DNA of 64,000 bases from Pseudomonadota bacterium (lineage in GTDB: Bacteria > Pseudomonadota > Alphaproteobacteria > Paracaedibacterales > CAIOTO01). Location: contig JAZKDQ010000004.1 in the NCBI GenBank assembly GCA_040387495.1, forward strand, positions 1 through 64,000. Reading direction: 5' to 3'. The position numbers were made by a program, and so were the translations under genes. Shown piece after piece: positions 60,367-64,000 of this stretch (within the stretch, counting starts at the first letter, position 1; every line of letters begins with the position of its first letter). The notes beneath the pieces are model-generated. The model made no database searches. It saw only the letters and a list, made by a program, of their open reading frames with translations, and was not told the origin of the DNA.

Positions 60367-60840
60367 GTTTTTCATTTCTTCGATAATTTTATTTAAATCT
60401 TCAGATATACTATCTTTATTTTTACTTCGTTTCATTTTTTGTCTATATTTTACAAGATTATGATTTTTTGATTTACAAGTTTTCTCTCGTTGTGTTTTTT
60501 GAATTCTATTCCCACTTGCAGGTAATTCTAGTGAATTCTTACATAAGACTAGCGCATTTTGATTGACTTCCTTCTTACAAAAATAAGAAAAATGAATTTG
60601 CGAATAAAATGAATAAGAAGGAAAATCTTGATATAATGAACATCTATTTCCACATATATCATTGGAAGATTTTTCCATTAATATAAGTTCTTGAATATTC
60701 CTCTCATTTGCAAGGACTCCCGGCGATTTAATTTCAATAATTGAATCATCGATTATATTTATACTTCCATCATTCATCCCACTAGCTTGAAAGCCAACTA
60801 CCCAGCTAGAAACAATAATTAGTATAATTCTATTTTTCAT
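60349..60840 (-). CDS. Orphan putative secreted protein
   Basis: Very AT-rich ORF, leader ..VVGFQASG-MND, basic C-terminal half. Confidence 0.55.
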   Translation of the reverse strand: MKNRIILIIVSSWVVGFQASGMNDGSINIIDDSIIEIKSPGVLANERNIQELILMEKSSNDICGNRCSLYQDFPSYSFYSQIHFSYFCKKEVNQNALVLCKNSLELPASGNRIQKTQREKTCKSKNHNLVKYRQKMKRSKNKDSISEDLNKIIEEMKNSALEN

Positions 60841-60865
60841 AAAACTTTCTCAAAATAAATAATTA

Positions 60866-60895
60866 AAAACCCTCAGATCTGCACCTGAGGGTTTT
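60866..60895 (-). terminator. Intrinsic terminator of clpX
   Basis: AAAACCCTCAG-ATCTGCAC-CTGAGGGTTTT. Confidence 0.8.
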
Positions 60896-60918
60896 GTTGG
60901 CTTTAAATAATTTACGTA

Positions 60919-62193
60919 TTAGCTCACTATAGAAGTTTCTTTTTTTTCAGGCTTATTCGTATTATGAACAAACTTAGGTAAGGCTTGGTTTTCAACCACA
61001 TCTTTCCCAATAATAACTTCTTCAATATCTTCCATCGATGGTAATTCATACATCGTATCAAGCAAGATGTTTTCCATAATTGATCTTAATCCACGTGCGC
61101 CAGTTTTACGTCCAATAGCCTTGGCTGCAATGGACTCTAAAGCATCTTCCGTAAAACTAAGTTTAATATCTTCCATTTCAAACAAACGCTTAAATTGCTT
61201 AACTAATGCATTCTTTGGCTTTGTTAAGATATCAATAAGTGCTGTTTCAGAAAGATCCGTTAAGGTGGCAATAACTGGCAAACGACCTATAAATTCAGGA
61301 ATGAGACCAAAGCGAAGCAAGTCTTCTGGTTCTACATCTTTTAACAAATCGCCTGTTTTACGTTCTTCTGTTGTTCTTACATCTGCACCGAAACCAATGG
61401 AACTACCTTTGCCACGCGCAGAGATAATTTTCTCAAGTCCAGCAAATGCTCCGCCACAAATAAACATAATATTTGTTGTATCTACTTGTAAGAATTCTTG
61501 CTGAGGGTGCTTTCGTCCGCCTTGTGGTGGAACGGATGCAACTGTACCTTCCATAATTTTCAACAAAGCTTGCTGCACACCTTCACCAGATACGTCACGC
61601 GTAATAGACGGATTATCTGATTTACGCGAAATCTTATCAACTTCATCGATGTAAACAATGCCGCGTTGTGCTTTTTCAACGTTGTAATCAGCCGCTTGCA
61701 AAAGTTTTAAAATGATATTCTCAACGTCTTCACCAACATAACCGGCCTCGGTCAATGTTGTTGCATCTGCCATAGTGAAAGGAACATCAATAATGCGTGC
61801 AAGTGTTTGGGCAAGTAGTGTTTTTCCGCAACCAGTTGGACCAATAAGTAGAATATTCGATTTTGAAATTTCAATATCGCTACCGCTGCCTGCATGATTC
61901 AGCCGCTTATAGTGGTTATGCACCGCTACTGACAGAATTCGTTTCGCACGTTCTTGTTCAATAACATAGTCATTCAGTACATTGCATATTTCTTGTGGTG
62001 TTGGAATACCTTCGTGTTGCGTGAAGCGTGCTGATTGGTTTTCTTCACGAATGATATCAGTGCATAGTTCAACGCACTCATCGCATATAAACACAGTTGG
62101 TCCCGCAATAAGTTTACGAACTTCGTGCTGGCTCTTACCGCAAAATGAACAGTAGAGTGTATTTTTTAAATCGCCACCTGTGGATTTAGACAT
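60919..62193 (-). CDS. clpX: ATP-dependent Clp protease ATP-binding subunit
   Basis: [18 protein letters not shown] zinc finger, [24 protein letters not shown] loop. Confidence 0.99.
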   Translation of the reverse strand: MSKSTGGDLKNTLYCSFCGKSQHEVRKLIAGPTVFICDECVELCTDIIREENQSARFTQHEGIPTPQEICNVLNDYVIEQERAKRILSVAVHNHYKRLNHAGSGSDIEISKSNILLIGPTGCGKTLLAQTLARIIDVPFTMADATTLTEAGYVGEDVENIILKLLQAADYNVEKAQRGIVYIDEVDKISRKSDNPSITRDVSGEGVQQALLKIMEGTVASVPPQGGRKHPQQEFLQVDTTNIMFICGGAFAGLEKIISARGKGSSIGFGADVRTTEERKTGDLLKDVEPEDLLRFGLIPEFIGRLPVIATLTDLSETALIDILTKPKNALVKQFKRLFEMEDIKLSFTEDALESIAAKAIGRKTGARGLRSIMENILLDTMYELPSMEDIEEVIIGKDVVENQALPKFVHNTNKPEKKETSIVS

Positions 62194-62302
62194 AACAGTT
62201 TACTTTCTTGTTTGTGCGCAGAAGCGCTTCCCCTTCTTGTTATCAGTATGAGCCTCAAATTATCAACAAATGATTAACAAAAAGGAGAGAGTTTTAAAGG
62301 TT

Positions 62303-62935
62303 TTAATCTTTTTGTGGTATTTCTACCTTTAATGCTTCAGGACGCGTTGTTATTACATGATCAATAAGACCAAAGGCAAGAGCTTCATCGGCTGACATAA
62401 AGCTATCACGTTCCATAGTTTCTTCAATCTTTTTAAGTGATTGTCCAGTTGCATCAACGTACATTTCATTTAAACGAGCACGTAACTTTAAAATCTCACG
62501 CGCTTGAATTTCAATATCTGTTGCCTGCCCTTGTGCGCCGCCCGATGGTTGATGCAACATTACGCGTGCATTAGCCAATGCATACCGCTTACCCTTGGTA
62601 CCAGCTGTTAACAACAAAGAACCCATAGAACAGGCTTGCCCTAAACAAATTGTTGATACATCACAACGTATATAACGCATCGTATCAAAGATAGATAGCC
62701 CAGAGGACACAACGCCACCAGGGGAGTTAATGTATATTGTAACTTCTTTTTCTGGGTTTTCTGCCTCAAGAAACAATAGCTGCGCACAAATCAATGCAGC
62801 CATTTCATCATAAACTTGACCTGTTATAAAAATAATACGTTCTTTTAAAAGACGTGAAAAAATATCGTAAGATCGTTCGCCCCGGCCAGATTGCTCAACA
62901 ACCATTGGGACAAGCGTAGACATGTGTGCGTTCAT
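62303..62935 (-). CDS. clpP: ATP-dependent Clp protease proteolytic subunit
   Basis: [29 protein letters not shown]. Confidence 0.99.
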   Translation of the reverse strand: MNAHMSTLVPMVVEQSGRGERSYDIFSRLLKERIIFITGQVYDEMAALICAQLLFLEAENPEKEVTIYINSPGGVVSSGLSIFDTMRYIRCDVSTICLGQACSMGSLLLTAGTKGKRYALANARVMLHQPSGGAQGQATDIEIQAREILKLRARLNEMYVDATGQSLKKIEETMERDSFMSADEALAFGLIDHVITTRPEALKVEIPQKD

Positions 62936-63214
62936 AAGGATCTCAACTAAATTATATAATCAAACTTACTCTATTCTGCCTGAGTTTTTGCTTCATCGGA
63001 AGCACTCTCTTCATCTTGAGTAAAAATTTTTTAGATCTTGTGAGAAATGTACCATTCTAAATCAATAAATTAATTTAAAATGAGCATACGAGATTAATTA
63101 CTAAAAAAGGCCTAAAAACACTTGTCATACAACTAATGCTTTTAAGGCCTCTATTTTAGTTTATCAAAACAACCATTCACTAGGACTCACTTTGAGCCCT
63201 CAGCAAAAAATGTA

Positions 63215-64000
63215 TTAAGCTTTTTTAGCTTTCTTAGGCTTTTCCATTTCAACTTTTACATCAGAATCTGTTGCCGAAGTTTTAGCTGATTCATCAGCTT
63301 TATTCGGTTTTTCAGACTTTGTTTTTGGTTTTTTATCAGATTTGCTTTCGCTTTCTGCTTCAAATCCAGGAAGAATTCCTACAAAAAGCTTATATAGCTC
63401 ATCTTTGGTAAGAACCTTTTCTTTAACTTCAATCTTATTAAGCATAAAGAGCACGACCATATCTTCCAACGCTGGCGCAGTCAACATATCAATTGATTGT
63501 GGCGTGTTGCGGTAGTAATCAAGAACTTGGCGCTCTTGACCTGGATATTTACGTGCTTCTTGAATAACAAGCTCTTGAATCATTTTATCAGTTAAGCGAA
63601 TGCCTTCTTTTTGCGCTATTTCAGCAATTAGCAAGCCTAAACGCACGCGACGCTCAGCGATTACTTGATATTCTTTTGTTAATTCTTCATCAGACTTATC
63701 ATCTTCTGGGTCCAACAATCCTTGTTTACGTGCTTCGTCCATTTCAGTTTTGAGGCGACCCCAAATAGAATCAAACTCAGATTTGATCATTGATGCTGGA
63801 AGATCAAAAGTATATAGATCAGATAATACATCCAATAAAATACGTTTGTGGTAAAGATGGATCTTATGTCGTAATTCTTGCTCTAAATTATTGCGAACTT
63901 GTTCTTTCAATGCATCCATTGACTCAAAGCCACAAGCTTCAACATATTCAGTGCCAACAGGAAGTGTTTTTAAAACATCATGTGAAATCACAGTTACAGT
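63215..64000 (-). CDS. tig: Trigger factor, C-terminal part (runs off the window)
   Basis: IAERRVRLGLLIAEI, YPGQERQVLDYY, LEDMVV; tig-clpP-clpX synteny. Confidence 0.93.
   Translation of the reverse strand, partial: TVTVISHDVLKTLPVGTEYVEACGFESMDALKEQVRNNLEQELRHKIHLYHKRILLDVLSDLYTFDLPASMIKSEFDSIWGRLKTEMDEARKQGLLDPEDDKSDEELTKEYQVIAERRVRLGLLIAEIAQKEGIRLTDKMIQELVIQEARKYPGQERQVLDYYRNTPQSIDMLTAPALEDMVVLFMLNKIEVKEKVLTKDELYKLFVGILPGFEAESESKSDKKPKTKSEKPNKADESAKTSATDSDVKVEMEKPKKAKKA

Overview
AT-rich alphaproteobacterial chromosomal segment, probably from a host-associated, Holosporales/Rickettsiales-like organism (inferred from the ClpX and SSB N-termini and gene content). It has one 100-N assembly gap. 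The core backbone is MFS transporter, hldE, putA, comEC, MBL hydrolase, DEAD-box helicase, cspA, ctpA-deacetylase-rppH-yhhQ, asd, thrA-thrB, nuoN, hdaA-like, ssb, two ABC exporters (one with a nonsense codon), tldD/tldE, rarA, ygfA, EamA, ccmF, clpX-clpP and partial tig. About 13 AT-rich orphan genes with signal-peptide-like N-termini are interleaved singly between these core genes and look like a dispersed effector repertoire. Several carry eukaryote-directed features: a C-terminal WH2-like motif, a C-terminal CaaX box (CCSIQ), a divergent serpin, ankyrin-like repeats and a GNAT. Other highlights are: a ~790-codon gene with three tandem flagellin-like modules, a leader peptide and an upstream CtrA box, broken by three single-base indels; a synonymously diverged second copy of the tldE 3' end that brackets the serpin gene, suggesting recombinational cassette insertion; a BacNav-family channel with an acidic LCDEWSN filter resembling Ca2+-selective variants; and a REP/RPE-like palindrome inserted in frame inside ccmF. 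No rRNA, tRNA, CRISPR array, transposase or integrase was recognised. All calls are by eye, without database searches.
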